A stretch of DNA of 64,000 bases from Bacteroidia bacterium (GCA_025057135.1 JANWXY010000085.1:151-64150), one strand, 5' to 3'; positions 37,573 to 47,743 are shown, counted from the first letter of the stretch. A program made the numbers and translations. Notes: a model not told the origin generated them from the letters alone.

Positions 37573-39564
37573 TCATACCTTCACCTGCATCTCAGAAAGC
37601 CGCTTCTCCAGCGCTCGTAACTCATCCCGATACCGAGCCGCCGTCAAATACTCCTCCGCCTCTGCCGCCTCTAACATACGCCGTCGGGTCTCCTCTATCA
37701 TCGCTTGAAGCTGCGTAATCGTGAGACTCTGCATACCGGGAAGCGAGCTTATATCAGCAGCAGGAAAGCTTTCTTCTACCATAGAAAGCTCACTTCGGCG
37801 CCCTGCACTGTGAGGCACTATGCCATGCTCCGCGTTGTAAGCAAGCTGCTTCTGCCGCCGACGCTCCGACTCTTGAATAAATCGCTGCATAGAGGATGTG
37901 ATACGGTCAGCATATAGAATAACCTCCCCTCTAACATTCCGAGCGGCTCGCCCAGCTATCTGAATAAGTGAGGTCTCAGAACGAAGGAACCCTTCTTTAT
38001 CCGCCTCCAAAATCGCTACCAGAGACACCTCTGGCAGGTCTAATCCTTCGCGGAGAAGGTTCACGCCCACGATAGCGCTGATTTCGCCGCGGCGCAGTTT
38101 GTCTATTATCTCCACTCGCTGGATGGCATTTAGATCAGAGTGGAGGTACGCTGCAGAGATTCCTACCCGCAAGAGAAAGTCTGCCACCTCCTCTGCAAGC
38201 TTTTTTGTAAGGGTAATAATGAGGGCTCGTCCGCCCTCACTTCGGTGGCGTCGCACCGCCCCTAAGAGATGATCAATAGCGCCCTCCATCGGATGCACTT
38301 CTACTGGGGGGTCTACAAGCCCCGTAGGACGCACAACTTGTTCTACAAAAGCCCCCCCTGTTTGCCCCATCTCATAAGGCCCAGGTGTAGCACTCACATA
38401 TATGACCTGCTCCACCAGACTCTCAAACTCCTCAAACCTCAGAGGACGATTATCCAGAGCGGAAGGTAATCGGAAGCCATACTCTACTAAAACGAGCTTG
38501 CGAGACTGGTCTCCGCCAATCATCGCTTTTAGCTGCGGAATAGTTACATGGCTTTCATCAATCACTGTCAAAAACGGCCTCGGAAAATAGTCCAAAAGGG
38601 TATATGGTCGCTCACCGGGCGCCCGCCCTGTGAGATGCCGAGAATAGTTTTCTATGCCATTACAGTAGCCAAGGGTACGCAGCTGCTCAATGTCATATAG
38701 GGTTCGTTTTTGTAACCGAGTAGCTTCCTCTGTCCGACCCAGAGAGCGAAGGTATTCTACCTGAGCAGCCAACTCCGCCTGAATGCGAGCAATCGCTACC
38801 TGCAGTTTCTGCGGCGACAAAACAAACATGTCCGCCGAATATAGCGTTAGCTCATCTAGCCTTCTCACTGGACGCAGACTCGGCAGCTCGAGCTCCTCCA
38901 CTCCCTCTATGGCAGAGCCAAAAAAGCTGATTTTGTAGCCTTTTTCAGAATAGGCAGGGAATACAAACACTCTGTCTCCACGCGTCCAGAATGTCCCCGG
39001 CGTAGACCCTTCGCTTGTTCGGCGGTACATCATTTGCGTCAGTTGATGGATAAGCGCCTGACGGGGATACCGAATACCAGGGCGCAGAGATATTACATGT
39101 TGGGCAAACTCCGATGGGTCCGACAAGCCGTATATCGCTGATACAGAAGCCACGACTATAATGTCACGACGACCACTCACCAGCGCTGTAAGCGTCTCCA
39201 AGCGATAACGCTCTATTTCCTTGAGGATACTGAGCTCCTTTTCAATGTACGTGTCCGTAGCCGGGAGATAGGCCTCAGGCTGATAGTAATCATAATGAGA
39301 TATCCAGTAGCAGACTAAGTTGTGGGGGAAAAATCCCTTGAACTCGCTGTATAGTTGCCAGGCAAGAGTTTTATTGTGGCTCAGAACGAGGGTCGGGATT
39401 TGCACCTGGGCAATCACATTAGCGACTGTAAAGGTCTTTCCCGAACCTGTAACGCCTAAAAGCACCTGATGCTTTTCCCCTCGTAAAATCCCCTCAGTAA
39501 GCTGGGCGATGGCATGGGGCTGGTCTCCCTTAGGAGTCATCTCACTAACGAGTCGGAACTGCAT
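37573..39564 (-). CDS. uvrB: Excinuclease ABC subunit B
   Basis: PKGDQP, LGVTGSGKT, YDYYQPEAY, GIENYSRHL, IDESH, FRLPSALDNRPL, NLLREGLDLPEV and GRAARN; C-terminal UVR domain. Confidence 0.97.
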   Translation of the reverse strand: MQFRLVSEMTPKGDQPHAIAQLTEGILRGEKHQVLLGVTGSGKTFTVANVIAQVQIPTLVLSHNKTLAWQLYSEFKGFFPHNLVCYWISHYDYYQPEAYLPATDTYIEKELSILKEIERYRLETLTALVSGRRDIIVVASVSAIYGLSDPSEFAQHVISLRPGIRYPRQALIHQLTQMMYRRTSEGSTPGTFWTRGDRVFVFPAYSEKGYKISFFGSAIEGVEELELPSLRPVRRLDELTLYSADMFVLSPQKLQVAIARIQAELAAQVEYLRSLGRTEEATRLQKRTLYDIEQLRTLGYCNGIENYSRHLTGRAPGERPYTLLDYFPRPFLTVIDESHVTIPQLKAMIGGDQSRKLVLVEYGFRLPSALDNRPLRFEEFESLVEQVIYVSATPGPYEMGQTGGAFVEQVVRPTGLVDPPVEVHPMEGAIDHLLGAVRRHRSEGGRALIITLTKKLAEEVADFLLRVGISAAYLHSDLNAIQRVEIIDKLRRGEISAIVGVNLLREGLDLPEVSLVAILEADKEGFLRSETSLIQIAGRAARNVRGEVILYADRITSSMQRFIQESERRRQKQLAYNAEHGIVPHSAGRRSELSMVEESFPAADISSLPGMQSLTITQLQAMIEETRRRMLEAAEAEEYLTAARYRDELRALEKRLSEMQVKV

Positions 39565-39591
39565 GGCAGAATAAAGTTAACCTTTCCGGGC

Positions 39592-40353
39592 TTAGATTTT
39601 TTCGCTATGGACGAGACCGGATGCCATCAGAAATGCTCGGAGATTGGACGGAAGGGCATGGACATTCTGTAGGAGCTCTTTTCTATCACCTTGCCACTCC
39701 GCCCGTCCCTCATACAAGAAAAGAATGCGCTGCCCCATTTCTACCACACTTTTGAGGTCATGAGTCACGACGACCGTAGTGGTATTGAACTCCTCGGTGA
39801 TTTCTCGGATAAGTTGATCTATCCGTCGCGCCGTGAGTGGGTCTAAACCAGAGTTAGGCTCATCACAAAAAAGGTATCTGGGATTAAGAGCGATAGCTCG
39901 GGCGAGTCCGACACGGCGCTTCATTCCGCCGGAGATTTCGGCAGGATATTTATTCTGAGTGCCAGCAAGTCCTACACGCTCCAAACAGTACGCCACGCGG
40001 CTCTGAATTTCATTTTCATTCTGCTGTGTGAAAACTCGCAAAGGAAACGCCACATTCTCTCCGACCGTCATAGAGTCAAAAAGGGCAGAAGACTGAAAAA
40101 GCATGCCCAGATTCCTGAGAATAGTCCGCTTTTTCTCAGGAGAAGCGCGAAGAAAATCCACATCTCCAAAAAATACTCGCCCCTCCTCTGGAATAATCAG
40201 CCCAAGGATACACTTCAAAAGGACAGTTTTTCCACAGCCACTGGGGCCAATAATCATATTCACCTGCCCCGGCTGAAAAGTAAAGGAAATATCATCCAAG
40301 ACCCGCTGTCGTCCAAATGATTTAGATATATGTTCTATACGAAGCTGACTCAT
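39592..40353 (-). CDS. mlaF: MlaF/Mkl-type ABC transporter ATPase
   Basis: GPSGCGKT, FQSSALFDSMTVGENVAFPL, ISGGMKRRVGLARA and CDEPNSGLDP. Confidence 0.88.
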   Translation of the reverse strand: MSQLRIEHISKSFGRQRVLDDISFTFQPGQVNMIIGPSGCGKTVLLKCILGLIIPEEGRVFFGDVDFLRASPEKKRTILRNLGMLFQSSALFDSMTVGENVAFPLRVFTQQNENEIQSRVAYCLERVGLAGTQNKYPAEISGGMKRRVGLARAIALNPRYLFCDEPNSGLDPLTARRIDQLIREITEEFNTTTVVVTHDLKSVVEMGQRILFLYEGRAEWQGDRKELLQNVHALPSNLRAFLMASGLVHSEKI

Positions 40354-41105
40354 AGGAGAAGCTGCGCCAGAACATAGTCAGATACTAAAATCATCAGACA
40401 GCTGATCACTACCGCCCGAGTGCTTGCATATCCAACCTCCAAAGCCCCTCCACGCACATAATACCCCTGATAAGCAGAGACCGTAGAAATGATAAACCCG
40501 AATGTCACAGCCTTTATGAGCATAAAGACGATTTGAAAATCCTCATAAAAGCTGCGCGCACCTATGCCGAACTGCGTGGGATTGACCGCACCAGAGAGAG
40601 CTCCCGCTACAATGCCTCCAATATGTATGATAAAGCAAGCGTAAATCACCAGTACTGGGAAAAATATCAGCGCCCCAAAAAGTCTCGGTAAAATAAGGTA
40701 GGTTGCAGAGTTTATCCCCATCACCTCCAAAGCGTCTATTTGCTCACTTACCCGCATGGAACCAATCTGAGAAGCGATACTAGAACCTATGCGGCCCGCC
40801 AGGACCAGAGAGGTAATCGTCGGTGCCAGCTCTAAAATCGCAGAAGTGGAGACAATAGCTCCTATGGTAGATTTGGGAATAAATGGAGAAACTATCTGAT
40901 AGGCGGTTTGAACAGTCGTAACTGCCCCGACAAAAAGCGATATAATACTCACGAGAAAAAGGCTATCCCGCCCAATCTGGATAGACTCATGCGTCCAAAG
41001 TTCCCAATATAGGTGAAATCGGAGGAGTCCCGAAAAGCTTCGCCGCAAAAGCAGAAGGTACTGTCCAAACCCTTCAAACCCCTTCAGCAGAAGGCTCAGC
41101 CACAT
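40350..41105 (-). CDS. mlaE: MlaE-family ABC permease
   Basis: ELAPTITSLVLAGRIGS, GSMRVSEQIDALEVMG, GYYVRGGALEVG.ASTRAVV. Confidence 0.9.
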   Translation of the reverse strand: MWLSLLLKGFEGFGQYLLLLRRSFSGLLRFHLYWELWTHESIQIGRDSLFLVSIISLFVGAVTTVQTAYQIVSPFIPKSTIGAIVSTSAILELAPTITSLVLAGRIGSSIASQIGSMRVSEQIDALEVMGINSATYLILPRLFGALIFFPVLVIYACFIIHIGGIVAGALSGAVNPTQFGIGARSFYEDFQIVFMLIKAVTFGFIISTVSAYQGYYVRGGALEVGYASTRAVVISCLMILVSDYVLAQLLL

Positions 41106-42720
41106 ACCAATCTGCTTGGGTCAGAAACAAAGGAAGGAGTACGGTAAAAGTTGTCTGTCCAGGTTGGCTACGAACAGTGATACGTCCGCGGTGCTTTTCT
41201 ACAATCCGCTTACAGATGTCAAGCCCTAAGCCCGTGCCTTCTCCTTTGGATTTGGTCGTGAAAAAAGGCTCAAATATGCGAGGTAATATCTCGGGGGGAA
41301 TGCCAGGTCCATTGTCTGTAAAAGATACGAGCACTTCTCCATCGGTAAGCCGAGTCTCTATGCGTAGCTCTCCCTGCCCTTGCATGGCTTGTATGGCATT
41401 TTGAACTATATTAGTCCAGACCTGACCCATTTCATCTCCGAAGATGTACAAGGGGGGGATTTGAGGATCATATTCGGTATGGACTACAACGCCTTGTTTG
41501 AGCTGATTCTGATACAAAGTGAGAATGACCTCTATTGACTCATTCAGCTGCGTCAGCGTAGGCTTGGAATGGTCTGATGTATGAGTGTAGCTTTTGAGCG
41601 CAAAGACGGTTTTACGGGTACGATTAGCAGCGAGTACGATATTTTCAAGCTGGAGCTTGAGCTGACCAATAAGGTAAAGTATATCCGCACCTTCTGGCTG
41701 CCGCAGTAGAGGCAAGATAGGCGTGAAATCTTCAACGATAATTCCCGCCTCTACCAGCTGACGAGCTACGGTATCACTATCTGAGATACCTGCGGCTTCC
41801 AGATGAGCGGCGTAGCGTTTGCGCAAGGCGCGCTCTTCCTTGGAAGTGAGCACTACCCGCTGGCCTGATTGTAGATATTGATTGAGCCAAACGAATGCAG
41901 CCGATAAAGCTGCCCACTGCTCATTCCCGACATTTATCAAGCGACTCAGAAACTGCGGAAGCGCTTCCAAAAGGGTCTCAGCAGAACCTTTGATGGCTCC
42001 AAGAGGGCTATTAATCTCATGCGCTACACCAGCGACGAGCTGTCCCAAAGCCGCCATCTTTTCTGATAAAATCAGCTGCTGCTGAGCCGAACTAAGCTCC
42101 CGAAGCGTAGCTTCGAGCTCTTGTGTGCGCAGGCGTACCCGCTCCTCTAAAGAAGCATTGAGCACACTGAGCTGAGTCTGCATTTCACTCAGACGGGAAA
42201 GGTTTTCCTGTAAAAGGAGGTTTTGATGCCGCTGCTCCTCTAAAAGGCGTTGAATCCTCTGCTGCTGAAATACATTGCTGAGCAGCATACCGAAAAAGCC
42301 CTGATTCTCTTCAAGCCAGGCCTGTTCGCTGAGAGTGAGATCACGCATCAGAAGCGCTTCTACGACAGCCCAGGTCTGTCCCTGATAAGTCAAAGGATAT
42401 ATCCAGTGATGGGTCGGATACACTATGCCAAACCCATAAGCCTGCGGTTCTCCACTTTCTATCTCATACTTGAAGTACCGCTGCTGACGGGCCGCTTCCC
42501 CAATAAGGCCTTCGCCCCAACTCAGCGAGGATAGGACCTTAGAGGTTCTACAGTAGCTCGCGATGTACTCCACCTTGTCGGCATCTATGATGCCGTATAA
42601 AGTGCTGGATAGTATAGGCAACTGGGCTCTCAGGATGTGTAAAAAGCGAAGGCCCCACGACTCAGGGGTATCTTCTGAATGCCAAGCTAATTCTATCAGT
42701 AAGTGTCTTTCAGTGGTCAT
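41074..42720 (-). CDS. Cytoplasmic GAF-domain histidine kinase
   Basis: GAF-like WGEGLIGEAA; coiled coil; SEKMAALGQLVAGVAHEINSP; QVWTNIVQNA, DNGPGIP and GEGTGLGL. ATG 42720 is 6 nt after TATTTTTG. Confidence 0.9.
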   Translation of the reverse strand: MTTERHLLIELAWHSEDTPESWGLRFLHILRAQLPILSSTLYGIIDADKVEYIASYCRTSKVLSSLSWGEGLIGEAARQQRYFKYEIESGEPQAYGFGIVYPTHHWIYPLTYQGQTWAVVEALLMRDLTLSEQAWLEENQGFFGMLLSNVFQQQRIQRLLEEQRHQNLLLQENLSRLSEMQTQLSVLNASLEERVRLRTQELEATLRELSSAQQQLILSEKMAALGQLVAGVAHEINSPLGAIKGSAETLLEALPQFLSRLINVGNEQWAALSAAFVWLNQYLQSGQRVVLTSKEERALRKRYAAHLEAAGISDSDTVARQLVEAGIIVEDFTPILPLLRQPEGADILYLIGQLKLQLENIVLAANRTRKTVFALKSYTHTSDHSKPTLTQLNESIEVILTLYQNQLKQGVVVHTEYDPQIPPLYIFGDEMGQVWTNIVQNAIQAMQGQGELRIETRLTDGEVLVSFTDNGPGIPPEILPRIFEPFFTTKSKGEGTGLGLDICKRIVEKHRGRITVRSQPGQTTFTVLLPLFLTQADWYVAEPSAEGV

Positions 42721-42823
42721 TTTTTGCAAAAATACACTACGAGCGTAGGCACTATCAACCATGCGAGCCCTTTCAAGAGAAAAAACAAAAACACAACGAT
42801 ACCGCCCTTACGCAGCCATTTTT

Positions 42824-43216
42824 TCAAGCGAGAAGGGCGTTCTGGATTTGAGACACCAAAGCGTCGCGTTCCCATGGCTTACGAATAAAGGCAAAAAGAT
42901 TGGCGTAGCGCTGTGCCCGTTCTATCGCATCATCATCTGCATAGGCAGAAAGCATAATCAGGCGTACATCTGGATAATGTGAAGCTACACGTATCAGGAA
43001 ACTGTCCCCCTTCTCTAATGGCATCAGCCAATCGCTGATGAGCAGAACAATACGCCTCTGAGCCTCCTTATATTCTCGGATGAGCTCCCATGCCTCTTCG
43101 GCACTCTGAGCCGTCTCATAATCGTATTTATCTCCGAAAGCGGAGCGTACCTGCACGACTAAGGTATCTAACACAATCTTCTCATCATCAACAAATAGAA
43201 TAACAGGGCGGCTCAC
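42824..43216 (-). CDS. Single-domain response regulator
   Basis: ILFVDDE, SDWLMP and KPW; 130 aa. Confidence 0.9.
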   Translation of the reverse strand: MSRPVILFVDDEKIVLDTLVVQVRSAFGDKYDYETAQSAEEAWELIREYKEAQRRIVLLISDWLMPLEKGDSFLIRVASHYPDVRLIMLSAYADDDAIERAQRYANLFAFIRKPWERDALVSQIQNALLA

Positions 43217-43605
43217 TGCTCCAAGGCTTTCTGAACAAGGGTCATCAGTTCGTCTTTATCCCACGGCTTAGAAACAAAGGCTAAAATATGCGCCTCGTTT
43301 TTAGCGCGCTCTATCGCCTCGGGGCTTGCTTGCCCTGAAAGCATGATTAAGTTTACTTCCGGGAAGCGCTTATGCACACGCACCAGAAACTCATCGCCTT
43401 TCACCCGAGGCATAAGCCAGTCACATATGATGAGATGGATATTTTCCCCCTCGGCATACACTTCATCTATAAACTCTTCTGCCTCCTCCGCACTCGTGAA
43501 TGACTCGTACAAATAGCGGTTCCCAAAGGTCTGATAGAGCTGGCCCATCAGAGTGTTCAAAACAACTTTTTCATCATCGACGCACAATATCCGCTTTTTA
43601 GGCAC
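43213..43605 (-). CDS. Single-domain response regulator
   Basis: ILCVDDE, CDWLMP, MLSGQA and KPW; 130 aa; GTG start 4 nt after TACCTTTG. Confidence 0.9.
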   Translation of the reverse strand: MPKKRILCVDDEKVVLNTLMGQLYQTFGNRYLYESFTSAEEAEEFIDEVYAEGENIHLIICDWLMPRVKGDEFLVRVHKRFPEVNLIMLSGQASPEAIERAKNEAHILAFVSKPWDKDELMTLVQKALEQ

Positions 43606-43631
43606 TTTGCAAAGGTACGAAGTAAAAAAGA

Positions 43632-44681
43632 CTAACGCAGCCTCTCGCCATACTGTTGCGCGTAATAGCGCTGGTATTCACCAGTACGGACTGCGTTGAG
43701 CCAGTCCAGATTAGATAGATACCAAATGACCGTCTGCCGAAGCCCCTCCGAAAGAGAAATGGTCGGCTCCCAGCCTAACTCTCGGAGATGCGGTGAAGGT
43801 TGAATCGCATACCGAAAATCATGCCCGGGGCGATCTTTTACGAATGTAATGAGCTGGTGAGAGTCGGTAGTGCCCATTATCTCATCGTAGAGGGTACAGA
43901 GGAGGCGGACAATCTCTATATTAGGCCGAGGCTGCTCTGCGCCAATCAGATATGTGTGTCCGCGCTTACCCTGCTCGGCTAAAAGTACTATAGCGCGGAC
44001 ATGATCCTCTACATGTATCCAATCGCGGACATTCTGGCCTGTACCATACACGGGTATAGGTTTGCGTTCTATCAAGTGCGTAATCGTCAAGGGAATGAGC
44101 TTTTCGGGAAACTGGTGGGGTCCGTAGTTATTGCCGCAGTTGCTGATAATATACGGAAGCCCATAAGTATGCCCATATGCCCGAACCAAGTGATCCGCTG
44201 CGGCTTTTGAAGCCGAATAAGGACTGCGTGGATCATATGGACTACCCTCCGTAAAGAAGGCCCCCTCAGGCAGACTCCCATACACTTCATCCGTAGAGAC
44301 TTGATAGAAAAGCACATCAGAGCGCCCATGCCAGTACTTACGAGCCACTTCTAAGAGGACGACCGTACCGAGAATATTAGTATGAACAAAGTCCAGTGGT
44401 GAAAGGATACTCCTATCTACATGGCTCTCTGCGGCCAGATGAAATATAATAGCGGGCGGATACTTCTCCCACAGACTCTCTATCTGCGCGGCATCCGCAA
44501 TGTCCAGCTTGTGAAAAATGTGACGGGGATGGTCTAAAATATCTGATAGGTTTTGAAGATTCCCCGCATAGGTCAGAGCGTCTATCGTATGTACTTCCCA
44601 TTCAGCTCTGGTGCGCACAAGATAACGCACTAAATGGCTCCCGATGAATCCAGCTCCCCCAGTTACCCAGACACGATACAT
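43632..44681 (-). CDS. rfbB: dTDP-glucose 4,6-dehydratase
   Basis: TGGAGFIG, DALTYAGN, HLAAESHVDRSI, STDEVYG, PYSASKA, QFPEKLIP and DRPGHDFRYA. Confidence 0.95.
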   Translation of the reverse strand: MYRVWVTGGAGFIGSHLVRYLVRTRAEWEVHTIDALTYAGNLQNLSDILDHPRHIFHKLDIADAAQIESLWEKYPPAIIFHLAAESHVDRSILSPLDFVHTNILGTVVLLEVARKYWHGRSDVLFYQVSTDEVYGSLPEGAFFTEGSPYDPRSPYSASKAAADHLVRAYGHTYGLPYIISNCGNNYGPHQFPEKLIPLTITHLIERKPIPVYGTGQNVRDWIHVEDHVRAIVLLAEQGKRGHTYLIGAEQPRPNIEIVRLLCTLYDEIMGTTDSHQLITFVKDRPGHDFRYAIQPSPHLRELGWEPTISLSEGLRQTVIWYLSNLDWLNAVRTGEYQRYYAQQYGERLR

Positions 44682-44813
44682 ATGACAAATGTATCAGTAA
44701 TCATAGCTTCATCCCCCCGATAAACAATGTCGCCAGAAAATGCACATGGGGTGGGTCTGACCCCATAGCTAAAAAACAAGTGTTTGGAGATTTCTTTTTA
44801 GTTTTGTAAAGCT

Positions 44814-46397
44814 ATGCTGAAAAAGCAAAACCGCCTATACTTCGGACTTGTCGTTTGCAATATAATCATAGGCATAAATGCTTATGCGCAAAACGTTGGG
44901 ATTGGCACAGCTTCACCTTCTGAAAGGCTCCATATCAATGGCAATCTTAGGTTAGACGGTGCTTTCATGCCAGGAAATCAAGCTGGTAGCAAAGGCTCCA
45001 TTTTATACTCTGATGGAGTCAACACACCGCCCTTATGGTTAGCGCCTCCCACGAGTGCGGCGCAAATTTTAGGAAGTACAGCCAGTGGCACCAGTTTCAT
45101 ACCCACTTGGAGCGATGGCAATGGACTTTTCTGGCGATTAGTAGGTAATAGCGGCACGGACATCAATACCCACTTCGTAGGTACAACCGATAATACAGGT
45201 TTAGCTTTTCGTACTAATAACACAGAACGAATGCGAATAACTAACTTCGGTAACGTAGGTATCGGTACTACGAATCCTGATGGTCGTCTGGATGTAAGAC
45301 AAACGACTGATAATGAAGTGGCGTTATTTACCACTTACGGACATGTGAATAGAATCTTTCTCAGGCGGGCACAAGGCACTATTGGTAGCCCCTCAGCGAC
45401 ATCAGGAGCGAATACTGTCTTAGGACGAATAGATGCCCAAGGGTATAATGGGACCGGCTTCACCTCAGCTGCTCGCATAGAAATGGCTACGGATGCCGTC
45501 GGCGGGACTGCCAGCGACATGCCAGGACGAATTACTTTTCATACTACACCAGATGGTAGTGGTACATTGCAGGAGCGAATGCGAATCACAAATAGTGGTA
45601 ATGTTGGAATCGGCATTACTGACCCACAGGTTTTATTGGAAGTATTTGCCCATCAGGCAGGAGATTTAAGTATAGGTGGAAGGATAAGGCTATCTGCAAA
45701 TGGGGACGGAGGACGAAGGACATACATAGATTTTGCGCCATGGCGCGCACGTCCAGGCGGGCCCCCAGCGCAAATTATTGGTGAAGATGATGCTGACTTT
45801 AGCGCACACTTGCGCTTCTACACAGCGTCCCCTGGAAGTTCTGGTAATAATCCCCCAGTCGAGCGCATGAGAATACAGTCAAATGGCGATATTTTTGGAA
45901 GATTTAGACACATAAGCTATCATAAGTTTCATAATCAGTCTTGGACAGGAGGTTCGGCTAATACTATCCTATGGATCGCCTCACCAGGAGGCGATGCCAC
46001 AGACGATTGGCAGGTTAATGGTGCGCTACCAATCGGAGGGCCAGGATTTGATACCGAGGCTGAAGCCCAGTGGGTAGCTCCATACAATGGGCGTATTTTA
46101 CGCATTATCGTTCGTGTGGGCAATAATAGCGGTAGCACTCCTACCATACGAACAAGAGGTATAGTCATCTCCAGAAATGGGAATCTTGCCGTGATTAATA
46201 CAACTGGATTTTGCTTGTCACAAGATGACGCTGGTGTATATGAATGCACCCAAAACTGTGATGTTCAGCGAGGCGATAGAATAGGCATAGGCTTCGACCT
46301 TCGTAGCGGACTGGGAGGATGCTGCGGAGGCTCCTGTTATGCGGAAGATACACACTACTGGGTAGCAGTGGTATGGGCATTTGATGTGTGGGATTAG
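44814..46397 (+). CDS. Exported phage-tail-fibre-like repeat protein
   Basis: Signal ending AYA|Q; NVGIGTASP; WRLVGNSGT...FVGTTDN..LAFRTNN; three ERMRI-x3-G(N/D) repeats separating distinct modules; visibly AT-richer than flanking genes. Confidence 0.75.
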   Translation: MLKKQNRLYFGLVVCNIIIGINAYAQNVGIGTASPSERLHINGNLRLDGAFMPGNQAGSKGSILYSDGVNTPPLWLAPPTSAAQILGSTASGTSFIPTWSDGNGLFWRLVGNSGTDINTHFVGTTDNTGLAFRTNNTERMRITNFGNVGIGTTNPDGRLDVRQTTDNEVALFTTYGHVNRIFLRRAQGTIGSPSATSGANTVLGRIDAQGYNGTGFTSAARIEMATDAVGGTASDMPGRITFHTTPDGSGTLQERMRITNSGNVGIGITDPQVLLEVFAHQAGDLSIGGRIRLSANGDGGRRTYIDFAPWRARPGGPPAQIIGEDDADFSAHLRFYTASPGSSGNNPPVERMRIQSNGDIFGRFRHISYHKFHNQSWTGGSANTILWIASPGGDATDDWQVNGALPIGGPGFDTEAEAQWVAPYNGRILRIIVRVGNNSGSTPTIRTRGIVISRNGNLAVINTTGFCLSQDDAGVYECTQNCDVQRGDRIGIGFDLRSGLGGCCGGSCYAEDTHYWVAVVWAFDVWD

Positions 46398-46557
46398 GGA
46401 TAAAGGGGGGCGAAGCACTCAATCTCCTTCAAAAACGGGACCTCTGGCGTCAAGGAATACCACCGCTTGAAGTTTTCTCCTACCACGCTGCCACTTTATC
46501 TCTTCAGACAGATAACTCAAAATTACCTAACACCTCACTAATCCTCACCTTTGCAAG

Positions 46558-47730
46558 ATGCGCCCTCCATGGCAAATCCCGGTAATTTTGGCTGTTACAA
46601 CTTTCATACACTATTTAGACAGGAATGCGCTGGCTCTGGCTCTGCCGCGAATAGCAGATGAGCAGCGATGGAGCGATACAGATATCGGCCTGTATGGAGA
46701 ATATCTTTTAGGGGCATTCTATATTTCCTTTGGCCTTATCCAGATATTTTTCAGTGGATATGCCGAAAAATGGAGTGTGAAAGGGGGATTGATGCTATCA
46801 GTTGGTGGTTTCTCTATCTCAACGCTCCTGTTTTATCCCTTTGGCTATACCTTAGGAAACTTGATTGCTTTACGCGGTCTACTGGGAGCAGCGGAAAGCC
46901 TTCACATGCCGATGAATAGCGCAATTGTCGCCCGTACCTTTCCACCTCAGCTACGCGGTCGGGCTAACTCTATCTACGTCGGCGGCATATTACTTGCCTT
47001 GATGCTTGGTCCGATTTTACTCATTCCTCTGATAGAAGCCCTGGGATGGCGTGTAAGTTTCGGCTTACTGGGATTTGCTGGTCTAGTGATTGCGCTGCCC
47101 TTGGTGTATTGGGGTATTCCTTCCCTACCCTCTGGTATCTCCTATAAGACTGCTTCACCGCGCCTTTCGGGAACCTTCTGGCTATATGTAGCCGCAGGAG
47201 CGGCGAATGCATTCTGCATTTTCGGCATGCTGAATTGGCTTCCAAGTTTTCTAACCCACTCCAGAGGGATACCCTTTAGTGGGCTCTCGGGACCTTTGTT
47301 GGCTATATTTTCAGCTGGCATATTGGGGGTTTTTCTATGGGCATGGATAGGGGATCGTACCCAAAATCGGCTTCTCTGGGCGATCATAGGACTCGCCATC
47401 GCCGGAGTAAGTGTAGGGATGACGGCTATCCCCATGGAAAACTCTACTCTACTGACGCTTTTGACTTTGGGCGTCTTTTTTCAAAGCAGCTACAATGCCC
47501 AAGAGTTTGCCACACTTCAGAGCTTGTATCCAGCCCATCAGGTAGGTAAAGTCACGGGACTGTATAATGGACTTACTGTCTTGATTGGGGGGGTAGGGGG
47601 GTCATTTATTCCGGGTTTGATTATCGCATGGACAGGCAGTTTTCAGAAAGCGATTTTGAGCATAGCTGTGGGCGCAGGTATTGTAGCCCTACTCCTTCTG
47701 ACGGTACGGGCACACTTGCGAAAAGCATGA
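46558..47730 (+). CDS. MFS transporter (anion:cation symporter-like)
   Basis: YLDRNAL, LRGLLGAAES, FPPQLRGRANSI, LGWR and WLPSFL; about 12 hydrophobic segments. Confidence 0.88.
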   Translation: MRPPWQIPVILAVTTFIHYLDRNALALALPRIADEQRWSDTDIGLYGEYLLGAFYISFGLIQIFFSGYAEKWSVKGGLMLSVGGFSISTLLFYPFGYTLGNLIALRGLLGAAESLHMPMNSAIVARTFPPQLRGRANSIYVGGILLALMLGPILLIPLIEALGWRVSFGLLGFAGLVIALPLVYWGIPSLPSGISYKTASPRLSGTFWLYVAAGAANAFCIFGMLNWLPSFLTHSRGIPFSGLSGPLLAIFSAGILGVFLWAWIGDRTQNRLLWAIIGLAIAGVSVGMTAIPMENSTLLTLLTLGVFFQSSYNAQEFATLQSLYPAHQVGKVTGLYNGLTVLIGGVGGSFIPGLIIAWTGSFQKAILSIAVGAGIVALLLLTVRAHLRKA

Positions 47731-47743
47731 TATCTTCGCAGAG

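Noticed and set aside
44675-44695. GATACAT-N7-ATGTATC palindrome at the rfbB start
   Set aside because: One arm is the start codon plus coding sequence and the other overlaps the -7 box, so it is largely explained by those constraints.
46396-46502. Imperfect terminal inverted repeat GATAAAG...CTTTATC after the fibre gene (and a similar weak pair around 35811-35946)
   Set aside because: Only 7-9 matching bases, no target-site duplication and no similarity to the 37450 element; compatible with chance.
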